Shown piece after piece: positions 23,064-35,277 of a stretch of DNA of 64,000 bases. The stretch is from Octopus sinensis (taxonomy: Eukaryota), in NCBI RefSeq assembly GCF_006345805.1, contig NC_043000.1, forward strand, positions 57,598,001 to 57,662,000, read 5' to 3'. The notes beneath the pieces were generated by a model. It had not been told where the DNA came from. It did no database searches and worked only from the letters and a program-made list of their open reading frames with translations. The position numbers and the translations under genes were made by a program. Position 1 is the first letter of the stretch; each line of letters begins with the position of its first letter.

Positions 23064-24650
23064 GAAGTGGAATATCAGGTAATGAAGGGTAAATTAAGTC
23101 AGGAATATAAGTATGGAACTCATTTTTGGCATGTTCTAAAATGAGAGTCCTGCTTTTATCATCTAATCATACCAATACTATATGTCAGAAAGATGCTGAG
23201 GGGTTTTGTAAGAACAGGTAGTAATAACAAACGAAAAAAGCTATATGTTGATCAGTTATCACAAAGCTTCATATTGAGATGAATATTCCTTGGTGTTGCT
23301 TGTTAGTAGGAAAATGAGCTGGTTTTAGCCTAGCGTTCAGGGCAAAGAAGTATTGTATAATTATTCTGGACTATCACTCTTCTTAGTTTGACAAGAGACC
23401 TGTTACATTTGCTAATTTTAAGTCCTTAAGTATAACTTACAGAACAATGTGCTTCCTGAATAACATACATATGTATAACATGGCTGTAACGCCAAAAGCA
23501 CCACAAGACTAAAAGACACCAAAGTTAAGGATTCAAAGAAAACTAACAGAAAATGAAGTGCGGTTCACAGAAACGGAGGAAGAGTAACCAAGAAGGGACA
23601 ATGGAATTACTGAAGTTAGCAGTGCATGGGTTTTCCTATTTGGTTAGCAGCAAATAGTTACAGAACTTAGCTATACGAAATAGAAATAAAGATCTTCCGC
23701 GTAGGTACTCATTCGAGGTTTTAAACATTTGCATCTGCCATGTACCCCATTCAGACCCTTAAAAACATTGTCAGTGAGTAATTATGTAACATTTTACTGG
23801 TATTGTTGTAACATGGAGTAACAAAGCCGTTATAATATTCAACAGAATGTAATTTCAAATGACTTCATTAAAATCTCCTCAATTGACAGAGATGTCGTAT
23901 CTATAGCGCTACGTACGGTTGACAATACAAAAAATGTTAATTTAAAAAATTTGTTTTTTAAAGAATTGTTTTATATCAGTGAAATGATAACAATTACATC
24001 CTTTTGGGATCGATAAAGTAAAAGTATGGAGAAGTCAATTTAATGTTTGGTGAAAAGAGAAAAAAATTAAAACATTTTAATCAAACAGGTTATTTTGTAT
24101 AGTGGTGCATTATCAGCAATGTTTTTTGCTTCCTGTATAACACACTGTCCGACTCATATTCTGAACCTAACAATAGTTTTTAATGCGTTGAATATATAAG
24201 AGTTTAAATACTTTATTTCTAACGCTCCTATAGTAACACCTTAACGTTTGTCCCATCCCACCCCCGATTGAACTCACAACGCCCCCAGGGGTTAAATATC
24301 GCTCCATCTGAGAACCACTGCTATAAAGCATCCTAATTGTACTTAGAATTATAATGGAAGACAAAAACATCGTAGAGACTAATAAATTCTTAAAACTCAA
24401 TTTAAGTTGTTGTTCCTTCGCTGTTTATATTCTCAAACGAGAAAACAACCAAAGGCTTCCAGGTTTCAAAAAGGCTTTTTTTTTATCAACTACTGAGACT
24501 GGAGAATATAAATATCGTTTCTGAAACTTTAATAAATATTTTAATAGAAAGATCTGATAATATATAGTTAAATACCAATTTAATGTAAAGGCTATATCGA
24601 AAACAAGCAAATGAATTAGCACAATATTTGTTAGATACCGAACTACGTAC

Positions 24651-24779
24651 CTGTTTGTTAGAATCATCGAAAAATACATTTGTAACCTTACTGACAGGTT
24701 CAAACCTTATTGGATTCTTGTTTAGCTGTAAATAATAACTTCCTTCTTCAGCTACTTGTGATGAAGTAGAGTTTGCCAT
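24651..24779 (-). CDS. RMC1: Regulator of MON1-CCZ1 complex (C18orf8/Mic1), coding exon 1
   Basis: MANSTSSQVAEEGSYYLQLNKNPIRFEPVSKVTNVFFDDSNKQ resembles the RMC1 N-terminus (YYLEL..P..F....N.VFFDEANKQ). 129 nt, ends at donor CAG|gtacgt, phase 0. Confidence 0.93.
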
Positions 24780-24941
24780 GTTTTTACCGGGTGAAGGAAG
24801 AAAATAATATACAAATATTATTCTTTATTGAGAGGCTACTTAGCCATGTACAACCTCCTGACAAGCTGCCATATTTATAAGGGGAAACTACTCTCCTCGC
24901 TTAACGCTAAGGTAGATAATTAAGCAAAATTATTTGAAAAC
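24780..24941. promoter_or_regulatory. Putative bidirectional promoter / 5' UTR region shared by RMC1 and NARS2
   Basis: Divergent start codons only 162 bp apart. CpG is locally retained (about 23.3-25.5 kb) compared with the rest of the window. YY1-like GCCATATT at 24868-24875. Confidence 0.7.
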
Positions 24942-26444
24942 ATGACGTCCTGGTCCGTACTCCGTGGCTTTTTACATCCGCATAGACTAAAAAATCTGTC
25001 TTCGAGGAAACCAAATTACTTGTTCACTTGGAACTCTCTCTCTCGTCGAGTTTTCTCAACGCACCGATCTTCTATCCAAGAAATACTTCAAAATACAGCA
25101 TCTAACCAAAACAGTCCCAACGTGACTCTAACTGGTTGGATTCGCTCATTAAGAAAACATAAGAACTTCGTGTTCCTTCAACTCTCTGACGGATCTATTA
25201 GCAACCATATACAAGTAGTATGCAATGCACATGTGTATGATGACTGCGAAGCAAAATACGGTAGCAGTGTATTAGTTGAAGGGAAACTTATCTCGAGTCC
25301 TTCATCAAATCATGCCGTTGAAGTTGAAGCTGGCAAAATTCATGTCCTTGGAGATTGCGATCCTCACCTCTACCCATTCAAAGCAAGGAGAAAACACACG
25401 CTTGATTATGTCAGGGATTATCTTCATTTGAGACCACGTACGAATTATTTTAGTGCTGTCCTGAGGATGAGAAATGCTTTGTCAATGGCTGTACATGATT
25501 ATTTCCAAAACAATGGGTACTGTTTTATTCATACACCAATTCTGACACCATCTGACTGCGAAGGAGCTGGTGAAGTATTTCTTGTTGACTCTGTTGCATC
25601 TAATAATCAATCTAAATTAGAAACTGTTAAAAACAAAAATTTCTTTAACCAAAATACATATTTAACTGTTTCAGGACAACTCCATTTAGAAGCTATTTGT
25701 GGGTCTTTTCGTCGTTGTTATAGTTTTGGGCCAACATACCGAGCTGAAAAGTCAACTGGTAAACTTCATTTAGCAGAATTTTATATGGTTGAAGCCGAAA
25801 TAGCATTTCTGGACAATGGTCTTGATGGACTAATGACTATTCTACAAAGTCTTATTAAATCTACCTTTAAACAGTTACAAGATAAACATATCACAGATAT
25901 GAATTTCTTTTTTAACCAGATGCCAGAAAAATACAGAGAAATGCTTGAAAATATGAAAGACCTTGATTTTCAGAAAATATCCTATACAGATGCGATTAAT
26001 TTATTGATGAAATATAACGAGAAATTCATTTTCCCCATTCGTTGGGGTGACGACTTGAAAAAAGAACACGAAAAGTTTTTGGTGAGTTATTTGGAAAACA
26101 CACCGGTATTTGTATTCGATTTCCCTCTTGAAATTAAACCTTTCTATGCTCGAGTAAACGATGATGGACAAACCGTTGCTGCTGTGGATCTCCTTGTTCC
26201 AGAAATAGGGGAATTGATTGGCGGTAGTATGAGGGAAGAAAGGTTACCTATTCTCGAAAAAAGGTTAAAGGAATTATCTTTAGATAAACAATATAGTTGG
26301 TATCTTGACTTACGGAGATTCGGTAACACAAAACACGGCGGGTTTGGGCTTGGGTTTGAAAGATATATGCAATATCTTTTTAATATCTCTTCTATTAAAG
26401 ACACTATTCCTTTCCCAAGATATTATGGCAGTTGTAAGGTATGA
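24942..26444 (+). CDS. NARS2: Asparagine--tRNA ligase, mitochondrial (class IIb aaRS), uninterrupted ORF
   Basis: 500 aa. OB-fold anticodon domain (GWIRSLRK..FVFLQLSDGS), HLRPRT, motif 1 region HTPILTPSDCEGAGEVF, YLTVSGQLHLE, motif 2 GPTYRAEKS..HLAEFYMVEAE, motif 3 HGGFGLGFER, C-terminal PFPR. The N-terminus is Arg/Ser/Leu-rich and lacks acidic residues, like a mitochondrial presequence. Confidence 0.96.
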   Translation: MTSWSVLRGFLHPHRLKNLSSRKPNYLFTWNSLSRRVFSTHRSSIQEILQNTASNQNSPNVTLTGWIRSLRKHKNFVFLQLSDGSISNHIQVVCNAHVYDDCEAKYGSSVLVEGKLISSPSSNHAVEVEAGKIHVLGDCDPHLYPFKARRKHTLDYVRDYLHLRPRTNYFSAVLRMRNALSMAVHDYFQNNGYCFIHTPILTPSDCEGAGEVFLVDSVASNNQSKLETVKNKNFFNQNTYLTVSGQLHLEAICGSFRRCYSFGPTYRAEKSTGKLHLAEFYMVEAEIAFLDNGLDGLMTILQSLIKSTFKQLQDKHITDMNFFFNQMPEKYREMLENMKDLDFQKISYTDAINLLMKYNEKFIFPIRWGDDLKKEHEKFLVSYLENTPVFVFDFPLEIKPFYARVNDDGQTVAAVDLLVPEIGELIGGSMREERLPILEKRLKELSLDKQYSWYLDLRRFGNTKHGGFGLGFERYMQYLFNISSIKDTIPFPRYYGSCKV

Positions 26445-26519
26445 AAAAAATATCTACTGTTTATAGAAACGAATTTGAAAAAGTAACAAAAGACAGCTCC
26501 CAAAACAACCGAGTTTAAA

Positions 26520-26529
26520 AATAAATAAA
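26520..26529 (+). promoter_or_regulatory. Candidate NARS2 polyadenylation signal
   Basis: Overlapping AATAAA hexamers about 75 nt after the stop codon, followed by T/GT-rich sequence. Confidence 0.5.
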
Positions 26530-26883
26530 AATATATTGTTTTCTACCTATGTCTTGTTAATTTTATTTCAAAGCTGCTTCCACATATAAAAAATCTATAG
26601 TAAAAAAAAAACACTCATCTAATTTTAATTCAGCTACTTGTGCAGCTGCATCTATCTCCAACATGTTACATTATTTTGCTTATGTTTAAATTATTTGAGG
26701 GAAATTTGGGCCAATACTAAGCTTTTCTTTTTCGTCAATGTTTACAATTTGAAAATAGTGATGTTTTAGTTCCATACCGGAACAGTCGAAGGAGGTTTTT
26801 TTTTTTTATCGCTTGCATCAAATGTTTACATACCAACCATTTTATCATCTCAGTTGCAGGGACGTATATTTGTTATTTTATTT

Positions 26884-27037
26884 AGGCGATCCTTCGGTAT
26901 AAGTACACACGTGACTTTGTTTACATTTCTGAAGATAACAGAAATCCTTTTCTCCCAACCCTAACTCCCCCATATTTAAAAAAAAAAAACAACACTTTCT
27001 TGAAATGTATCCGGTACTTACACCGAAGTTACACCTT
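26884..27037. mobile_element. Small MITE-like element
   Basis: Imperfect TIRs aggcgatccttcggtataagtac / gtacttacaccgaagttacacct; internal cccaaccctaac. Confidence 0.5.
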
Positions 27038-27079
27038 TATTTAATACCTATGTCCATTCATTCATTGAAAAGTGAATGT

Positions 27080-27800
27080 CGAAACCTTTGTATATCATTG
27101 CTGGCTTGTCTATACAGGTTGTAGACCTGTCTGTCCACACTGACAAATTGCATGTGGGGTAGGGTGTTATTCAGGCTGAGTGATTAGCCCTTGGCATTGC
27201 CACCTGATATGCATTCACTCACACATACATCACACTTCAATCTAAAAGTAGGAGATTGCTTCAAGATACCTCACAACCAAAAGAGACAATTGTGATCAGC
27301 AGCTATCCAAATGTCACCAAGGTACTACCACCCAATGTGACATGATATTAATATACAATGTCATCCAAAAAGGACTATCCTGGCATAAATAACCCCACTG
27401 TTATTGAATACGTACATAAAAAAACAACACAAGGAATATTGGAAGAACATTCCCATCAAAACTTGTACCAAATGCAAACATAACAGGCTAGATATCATTG
27501 TTTGGGACAAACAAGAAAAAGATGTACTGTCATAGAGGTCAGCTGCCCTGTTGGTCTATCTCTTCAAAAATCAAGAAGAGGATAACTACAAACAACTTCT
27601 TCAAAATGTTTAGCTTCTGTATCCAGATTATAAATTCTCATTTATATCAATAATAATTGGTGCACTTACTTTTGTGAGTAAATACATAAAAGGCTGGGGT
27701 TTTCAGAAAAAGAAATCAACCATCAAACATGTTCATTTCAAACACAATCTGTAAGTGGAAGAATAAAAATCTGCAAAACTTTCCTCAAGTTTTAAATGTA
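27080..27800 (+). mobile_element. Decayed RLE-type non-LTR retrotransposon 3' region
   Basis: Frameshifted remnants: CKHNRLDIIVWDKQEK, CTVIEVSCP and YPDYKFSFISIIIGAL, resembling the PD..(D/E) restriction-like endonuclease. Confidence 0.6.
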
Positions 27801-29111
27801 AATTTGTTTTTAGTTATGTATATTTCAATGATAGAGCTTTGAATCTTTGTTATAAAACAGCTCTTTTCTTACAGAAAGACTTCAAATAACTAAAACAGAA
27901 GATACATATCCAAGCATGGTTATAGGCACAGATATGTGCTTAAAAAGTTTGTTTCTCAAACATGGTTTCAGTTTCAACCCCACAACTTGACATTTGGTAA
28001 AGTGTCTTCTGACCAGACTTATGAGTGGATTTGGTTGACAGAAACTAAAAGTCTGTCACATATAGGCGTGACTGAGTGGTAAGAAGTTTGCTTTCCAACC
28101 ACATGGTTCTGGAGACATTGGCATGGCTGTGTGGTAAGAAGCACATGGTTCTGGGTTCAGTTCCACTACATGACACCTTGGGCAAGTGGTTTTTGCTACA
28201 GTTCCAGGTCAACCAAAGCCTTGTGTGTGGATTTGGTAAATGGTAAAACTGAAAGATTGTATATATGTATGTTTGTTTTTTGTGTTTTCTAGTCTCCATA
28301 TTGCATGTTAGTTGTAAATGTGTGTCACTGTCATCAAAACAGCATCATTCATTTCCAACATTCTGGACGTGGGGAAATATTACCTTGGAAACAGGTGAGG
28401 GTTGACTTCACAAAGGGCATCTGGTCTTCGAAAATCTGACTCAACTAAACAATATCTGACCCATGTGAGGATGGAGAAGGGGATGTTAAATGATAATAAT
28501 TATCAGTTATTTGTCCGTAAGTCAAAAACAGCACACTTGATATGAGTAATAAAGTGGTTATATTTTGATACGCTGTTGTTTTTGCCAGTTATGTTTTACA
28601 GGCCAGCATATCTGAAAAGTCATCAATATTGCCTACTGTTGTAGTCAACATGAGACCAGTGGTAACATTCTCACCAGTTCTATGCCATAACCAATAATAT
28701 ATTGGTCAATGAAATATAAAATATATGTGTGTGACTGTGCATGTCTCCTTGTCTTGACATCATGCACTAGTTGTAAATGAGTGTCACTGTCATACAAGTA
28801 GTGTTTTTCATTTCCAATCTCTGTGTGTACAATTTGAAATTTTGGCTAGTCAAATTTCAAGAAGAGAGAAATTTTTGCAGCATAACTCTCAAAAGGGTGA
28901 AACACTTTCAAATGATATAGTTTTGTCATAATTACTCCTATAACAATTTATATATATAAATTGTCTGTTTTGTGTTAAGTTATAATAAAAACAATCTAAC
29001 ATTAAACTGAAGTATTACCCAACATGTTTATTATACAAGAAGTAGGTTGAGAGTGACTTTGAAGTTATGACCTGCTAGCCTTCATGAGGATGTGTGTGTG
29101 TATATATATAT

Positions 29112-29380
29112 CATCATCATCATCATCGTTTAACGTCCGCTTTCCATGCTAGCATGGGTTGGACGATTTGACTGAGGGCTGGCAAACCAGATGGCTGCAC
29201 CAGGCTCCAATCTTGATCTGGCAGTGTTTCTTCAGCTGGATGCCCTTCCTAACACCAACTACTCCAAGAGTGTAGTGGGTGCTTTTATGTGCTACCAGTA
29301 TGAGGGCCAGTCAGGCGGTACTGGCAACAACCTTGCTTGAATCTTTTTACACATGCCACCTGCACAGATGCTAGTAAGGC
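29112..29380 (-). mobile_element. RTE 3' tail / SINE-like copy
   Basis: (cat)n-cgtttaacgtccgctttccatgctagcatggg...tggatgcccttcctaac, the reverse complement of the family tail. Confidence 0.8.
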
Positions 29381-29759
29381 GATATATATAAAGGTATGTT
29401 GATGCAAACAGGAAAAATAGACCTCAAAATATATGTATATGTATATTTTTATAATTAGCAGAAGTAATAGAGTGACTCAAAGTCCAATAGTTATGCAAGA
29501 AACTCTCAGACCATGAGTTACTCTGTTACTTCTGCTAAATATCAATAAAATATATGTAAATGATAAGAGGAAGAGAAGTTTACTGGTTGCTTTGGTGTTA
29601 CTTGTGCAAGTCACTTTGTGAAAAGCAGAAATTCCAAAACTCTAGCAGGATGTCTGGTGGAAGGGTACTGATCCCAAGTGAGGTGTGGGTGTTGTACATG
29701 CAGACAGAAATTATGGTTTTTGGCAATGAAGCACATGATTGGGTTGCGGGTCTAGAACA

Positions 29760-30061
29760 GTGGATATTTTTTTTTATTTAATTCCTATTTTATTCTGGTG
29801 GGCTCCCATAAACTATTCAATGTTTAAAAACTTGTTTTTGGAGACTTCTTCCAAAATTCCTATTTTGTTTTTCACACATTCACTTGTATAGTTTGAATTA
29901 TGTAAAATGTTTGAGAAAGACATTTTGCTGTTTCTTGCAATAAATTACATCTAAAGTAAAAATTTTTCATGAACCCTTAAAATACTACCATGGATCCCTG
30001 ATTTACTATTTTGCTTGCATGGTCCCACCAAAATCTTATGTGGACTGGTCGAGAACCACTG
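29760..30061 (-). mobile_element. hAT-type MITE (same family as about 10390-10706 and 63696-64000)
   Basis: Shared body (ctaaagtaaaaatttttcatg...tttactattttgctt) and terminal gagaaccactg. Confidence 0.65.
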
Positions 30062-30189
30062 GTCTAGAATATTAGTACTTGCAAGGACATAAATAATTAA
30101 GTCAGTTGATGGTGTTGCAGATGATGGTTTGACTGACTATTGATATTGTGAAAGTTGATGAAAAGCTGCACATGCCAATCTTCAGAAAA

Positions 30190-30550
30190 GTTATGGATAT
30201 TTTCACTGGTCTATAAATATGCATTTTGTATACATCTTTCAAAGCAGTTGTTCAAAAGCATCTTCCTTTTCACTGATATCAGATGAAATGTTCACATCTG
30301 CAGGCAGCTGACCTCTATGAGTGTACATGATTTTTCTTTCCTGTTCCAAATGACTATATAAGGCCTGGTGTGCTTGCAGTTTGGTTTAAATTTTTGATGT
30401 GAAAGATCCACCAATATTTTTTGTGTTGATCTGACACATATATGCGTTCAACAACAGGAGCATTGTCTATATTTATCCGAGGGCAGTCTTTCTATGCGTT
30501 GGCTTTGTATATTGCTTTAGCAATATCATGTGGTAGTGGTATTATGTAAG
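30190..30550 (-). mobile_element. Decayed RLE-type non-LTR retrotransposon fragment
   Basis: Minus strand carries catagaggtcagctgcc (IEVSC), also at 27531 on the plus strand, plus HDIAKAIY and CKHTRPYIVIW remnants. Confidence 0.6.
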
Positions 30551-31334
30551 TATGTATGTGCATGTGTGTGTATGTATGTGTATGCATGTAAGTGTGTGTG
30601 TGCATGCATGTAATGTATGCACATGTGCGTAAACACTTTCACACACACACACACACTCTCTCTCTCTATCTCTCACATACATACCACTCACATCACACAT
30701 AGCTAGCTATGTTGATAAGGTGTAGAATTGTTGGCTGTGAATAGAATACTCTGTGCACATCATCTCAGCTACACTGGATCCTTGGCAAAGACAATTGACT
30801 CTATTCTCTACCTAAAGGCATGTCAATAAAGACGTCATCAATTTTCTATACTACTGCTATTTCCAGCTGGGAACTGTAAGCTCCTTCATTACTTATAGAA
30901 AAGCAGTTGATCTGATACAACATGAAACAAGTATTTATGCTACACAAACACATCAGGGCCATAAATGTGACATGAACACTTGAGTCTTTGATTGGTAAAC
31001 TAACATTGTACTGCGTCACCCAACTACAACATGCTGAGACTAATATCTAATATAAAGAACACTTCATTAACTTGAACTTTTCAGTAGACCCTCGACCCGA
31101 CCCTCTTAGTAACTAATATTTATACTTATGTGTTCAATGTTCACAGGCATGGCTGTGTGGTTCAGAAGGTTGCATTGCAATTATGTGGTTTCAGGATCAG
31201 TCCTATTCCACAACCCTTTGGTCAAGTATTTTCTACTATAGTTTCTGGCTGACCAATGCTTTGTGAATGAATTTGGTAAGCAGAAACTGTGTGAAACCTG
31301 TTGTGTGTGTGTTTTATATATATATATATATATA

Positions 31335-31717
31335 CTAGCAGTATCGCCCGGCGTTGCTCAGGTTTGTAAGGGAAATAACTATAAAGCATTTTTAGAGAGT
31401 TATAGCCAAAAAATAGCAAAAAAATGGAAAAAAATGATGGTAAATTTTTTTTTTAGTTAAAAAAGGTCGAGTTGCGTCCCCTAGACAGTTTGCGGTTTGT
31501 GTTTCTGATTCTCGACCCCATGTCGAATTTATCGATTTTTTTCAGAACTGGGGGAACTTTTCAAAATTTTCGCTGCGTTAGTTTTGAATTATGACATTGG
31601 ACTATGTGTGTGTCAAGTTTCATCAGAATCGGTTGAAAGCCGTGGTCAGGGTGAGGGTACAAGCAAACAGACACACAGAAACACGCACAGACAAACTGCC
31701 ATTTATATATAGAGAGA
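31335..31717 (-). mobile_element. Non-autonomous Helitron-type element
   Basis: On the minus strand: 5' TC, a (gtct/gt) microsatellite near the 5' end, a GC-rich subterminal hairpin (cctgagcaacgccggg) and 3' CTAG. Inserted between A and T with no TSD. Confidence 0.75.
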
Positions 31718-31725
31718 TATATATA

Positions 31726-32120
31726 TCATCATCATCATCATTTAACATCCGTTGCCCATTGATGGTTTGATTGGACTGGCATGCTGGAAAGCTGCACCAG
31801 GCTCCTGTCTGATTTGGTATGGTTTCCTACAGCTGGATGTCCTTCCTAACACCAACCACTCCGAGAGTGTAATAGGTGCTTTTACATTCCACCAGCACGG
31901 GTGCCATTTACATGACACTGGTATCTGCCATGACTGCAATTTTGTTTGGCTTGATAGGTCAGGTCTTCTCAAGCACAACATAATGCCAAAGGTCTTGGTT
32001 ATTGCCTCCATGAGGCCCAACAAATGAGAGGAGCTCGGCCATCTCAACTCTGTGAGGCCCGCTTGAATGGAACTCATCTACCTCGCCATGAGGCCCAACA
32101 CTTGAAAAGAATTCAGCCAC
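31726..32120 (-). mobile_element. RTE 3' fragment
   Basis: (cat)n tail plus the reverse complement of the RTE 3' UTR and ORF end (gtcttctcaagcacaacat). Confidence 0.75.
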
Positions 32121-34108
32121 TTATATATATTATTTTATGACAAAGATCAAGGTGATGAGCCTGCAGAAATGCAAGAGATAAGGGAAAAATGCCTTCTGGT
32201 TTTTTAAATCCTAAGTTCAAATCCTGCCAAAGTCAACTTTGCCTTTTATCTCTCTGGGTTGATAAGCTAAAGCACGAGTCAAGTATGCGAAAATTGTTCT
32301 TTTATACAATTTAAACTTGTTAGAATCCAGGCTTAAGAGTGATATCAAAAATATGTCTAAACAGGTCAACAGCAAGTAATATAAATAATAATTTCTAATT
32401 TAGATTAACTGGCTCAGTCAAGTACTGAGCTTAATGTTATTGATTAACTCCTTCCTCTCAAAATTGCTAGTTTTGTGACTAAATTAGAAGCAATTATTAT
32501 GATAAAGACCAGTAAACTGAATGGGCTACTTTAGAAAATTTTTAAGCCAGGAACAAAGAACAACTTCCAGAAATCTCTGATCTGGCTGTGCTATAGGCGA
32601 ACATTGCCAATTCAAAACAAACTTTACTGGCTCAGTGAGCACTGTTGTCTATGATGCATGCAGGATGACAAAACAGATCTGCATATACTTGTTCTGCAGT
32701 ATGCAAGCGTTTCTGATTTGTGGTTTTATGTTGAAGAGCTGTTGTTTTGTGTCAAACAGATGTGGCTGTCAAATGAGTTGATTCATAGGCTTATTCTGTC
32801 AATTTCCTTTGGTCTGGGAGAGCAAATAGCTTTCCTGTCTTGAGGCCATAGTGGACAGGATTGAAAGAACTAAAAATAAGTAGCTTCCCCTTTGGCAAAA
32901 CTTCAAAAATTTTTTCAGGTTTCTCTTGGAGAGGAAAATAAGGATGGGGAGGGAGATGCTGCACTCTAGTGTTGGGAATTAAAATTTTCTGCAATAGGTC
33001 ACTGTCTTTCATTGGGTCAGTGCTTCATTTTGAATTTTGGTCAGATACAAGTCTTTTCCCACAAGCCACTAACTCACTTAAAAATAATACAGTGCTTCCA
33101 CTGCTTACATTACTGTAAACTAGTTTATAGTTTCTACTGGTAGCTATTTGAATTGTATTGTTTAAGTATTAGATGACGTAGCCATGAGTACAACACCAAG
33201 CCATTGACAAGATACTGACAAGATTTTCTTCGCTGAATATCAAAAAGATTAGTTTAATCTAAGTGTTGTGGACAAGATGACTGGAATTCTTCTTTAGATC
33301 AATCATAGCTCAAGGAAAAGATTTGAGCCAAAATGCTGCACCTGAAAATGACTAGAAAAACACTGATTGAAACACAGTGTTAAAAAAAATATTGAAGAGA
33401 AAATTATTAGTCTAATGAAGCTGACAAGTAATAATTCTCCATTTTATGAATACAGACATTGAACTTTGAATTGGTAGACATGTTTCTGGTGATATATGGC
33501 AACATTTGATTGGATTAAGTATTTTTTTATGCATGTATCTGAGAAATATAGTAATGAACTTTTTTTCCTATTCCAAAGAAGTAAATAAAGATGGGAAAAA
33601 TAGGTTTCTATGAATATCTATAGTTAGATTCATGCCTAGAATATTAAAATGTTTCCTTTTTGTAATTACACAGCTGCTTAATTCCTTTCAGTCCTTTTAA
33701 TAATAAATAACAGATTCTCTTAAAGAGAGAGAGAGAAATTACAAGAACAACTAACATTGTATAATGCCAACAATTTAATTAAGATATTCTATGTGAAAAC
33801 AACGTCTTTTCACAAGTAATGAGAATTCATTCAGCAGTCATACTTTTCTTTCTGAGCATCAAAAAAGATATTGTTGGATGAATCATTGTAAATCAATTGT
33901 TGAAAAAAAAAATGTGAGGTTTATTTTGTTTTAAATGTGGTAAGGGCAGTGCTCATAACTTTTTACTGGGCTTCCATCCATGATCATCCATGTATGCACA
34001 TTTGTGTACATACAGACTCACTTGTATGTGTACAGATTGCAACATTCCTTGATTCCAAAACTGAAGTTCTTTTAACATCTATAACAGTATTTTAATATTT
34101 GACCTTGT

Positions 34109-34302
34109 AATAAGGTCGTTAGCATGCTGGGAAAAATGCTTAGCAACATTTTGTCCATCTTTATGTTCTGAGTTCAAATTCTGCCATGGTTGACTGTGCT
34201 TTTCATACTTTTGGAGTCAATAAAATAAGTCCCAGTTGAGCACTGGGGTTGAAGTAATCAACTTTTTCCCTTCCCCTAAATTGCTGGCCTTATACCAAAA
34301 TC
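34109..34302 (+). mobile_element. SINE with 15-bp target-site duplication
   Basis: aatatttgaccttgt flanks both sides (34094-34108 and 34303-34317); body belongs to the 34780 family. Confidence 0.75.
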
Positions 34303-34779
34303 AATATTTGACCTTGTCTCAATGAAACTAGTTACAAAAGGCAAGTAGAAAATATATATTCCCATGGAATGTTTTCTTTAGAATAAAATCATCTGTAGCA
34401 ACTTATTTTGCATTCTGTCTTCAATATCGGTGTTGAATCTATATTTTCTATAGCTAAATAATCTTTGATCATAGGTCTGTTTGATCAAGGCTAACCAGGT
34501 ATTAAACAACAATACTTATGCAAGGGTTTCTATGTAGTAAATGAAACTGTTAGTAATAGCAGTTTTCTGTCATTGTTATAAGCTGGATAAGGGTTGGCCA
34601 TGCATAGAAGTTAAATATATTATGTAGAAGAAGACTGATGCTGAGTAAAATTCACTTAAGCAAAAACAAATTTATGTCATTTTTCCAGTTTCCTCGGGGG
34701 AAATTGGTATTGCTAAAATATCACTATAATACATACTCTCATGTATACACTCAGGCACATGAAAAGACATGTTTGTAAG

Positions 34780-35235
34780 ATGGTGAGCTGGCAGGAACGT
34801 TAGTGCGCCAGGTGAAATGCTTAGCGGTATTTCGTCTGTCGTTACATTCTGAGTTCAAATTCCGCTGAGGTCGACTTTGCCTTTCATCCTTTCGGGGTCA
34901 ATAAATAAAGTACCAGTTTCGCACTGGGTTCGATGTAATCGACTTAATCCCTTTGTCTGTCTTGTTTGTCCCCTCTATGTTTAGCCCCTTGTGGGTAGTA
35001 AAGAAATGAATATGTGAGTTAGCAGTAACATTTTTGATATTTATATAAGAGTAAAATGGTGAGCAGGCAGAATCATTAGCATGCCAGGCAAAATGCTTAG
35101 TAGTGTTTCGTTTGTCTTTATGGTCTGAGTTCAAATTCTGCCAAAGTCAACTTTGCTTTTCATCCTTTCAGGATTGATAAAATAAGTACTAGTTGAGTGT
35201 TGGAGTTGATGTAATCAACTTACCTCCTCCCCCGA
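34780..35235 (+). mobile_element. Two adjacent tRNA-SINEs (Meta-domain-like)
   Basis: ggtgagctggcag...ttctGAGTTCAAATtcc...gtcgactttgcctttcatcctttcggggtc at 34782 and again at about 35058. Confidence 0.8.
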
Positions 35236-35238
35236 TCT

Positions 35239-35277
<39 letters not shown>

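Noticed and set aside
24486-24650. 3' extension of ORF 24486..24779 and the full ORF 16324..16599
   Set aside because: Read-through into introns beyond the RMC1 splice sites; similarity to RMC1 stops at the GT/AG boundaries.
32540-33060. Coding-like minus-strand stretch (…VYADLFCHPACI…)
   Set aside because: Interrupted by stops. It may be an old transposase fragment but cannot be assigned from sequence alone.
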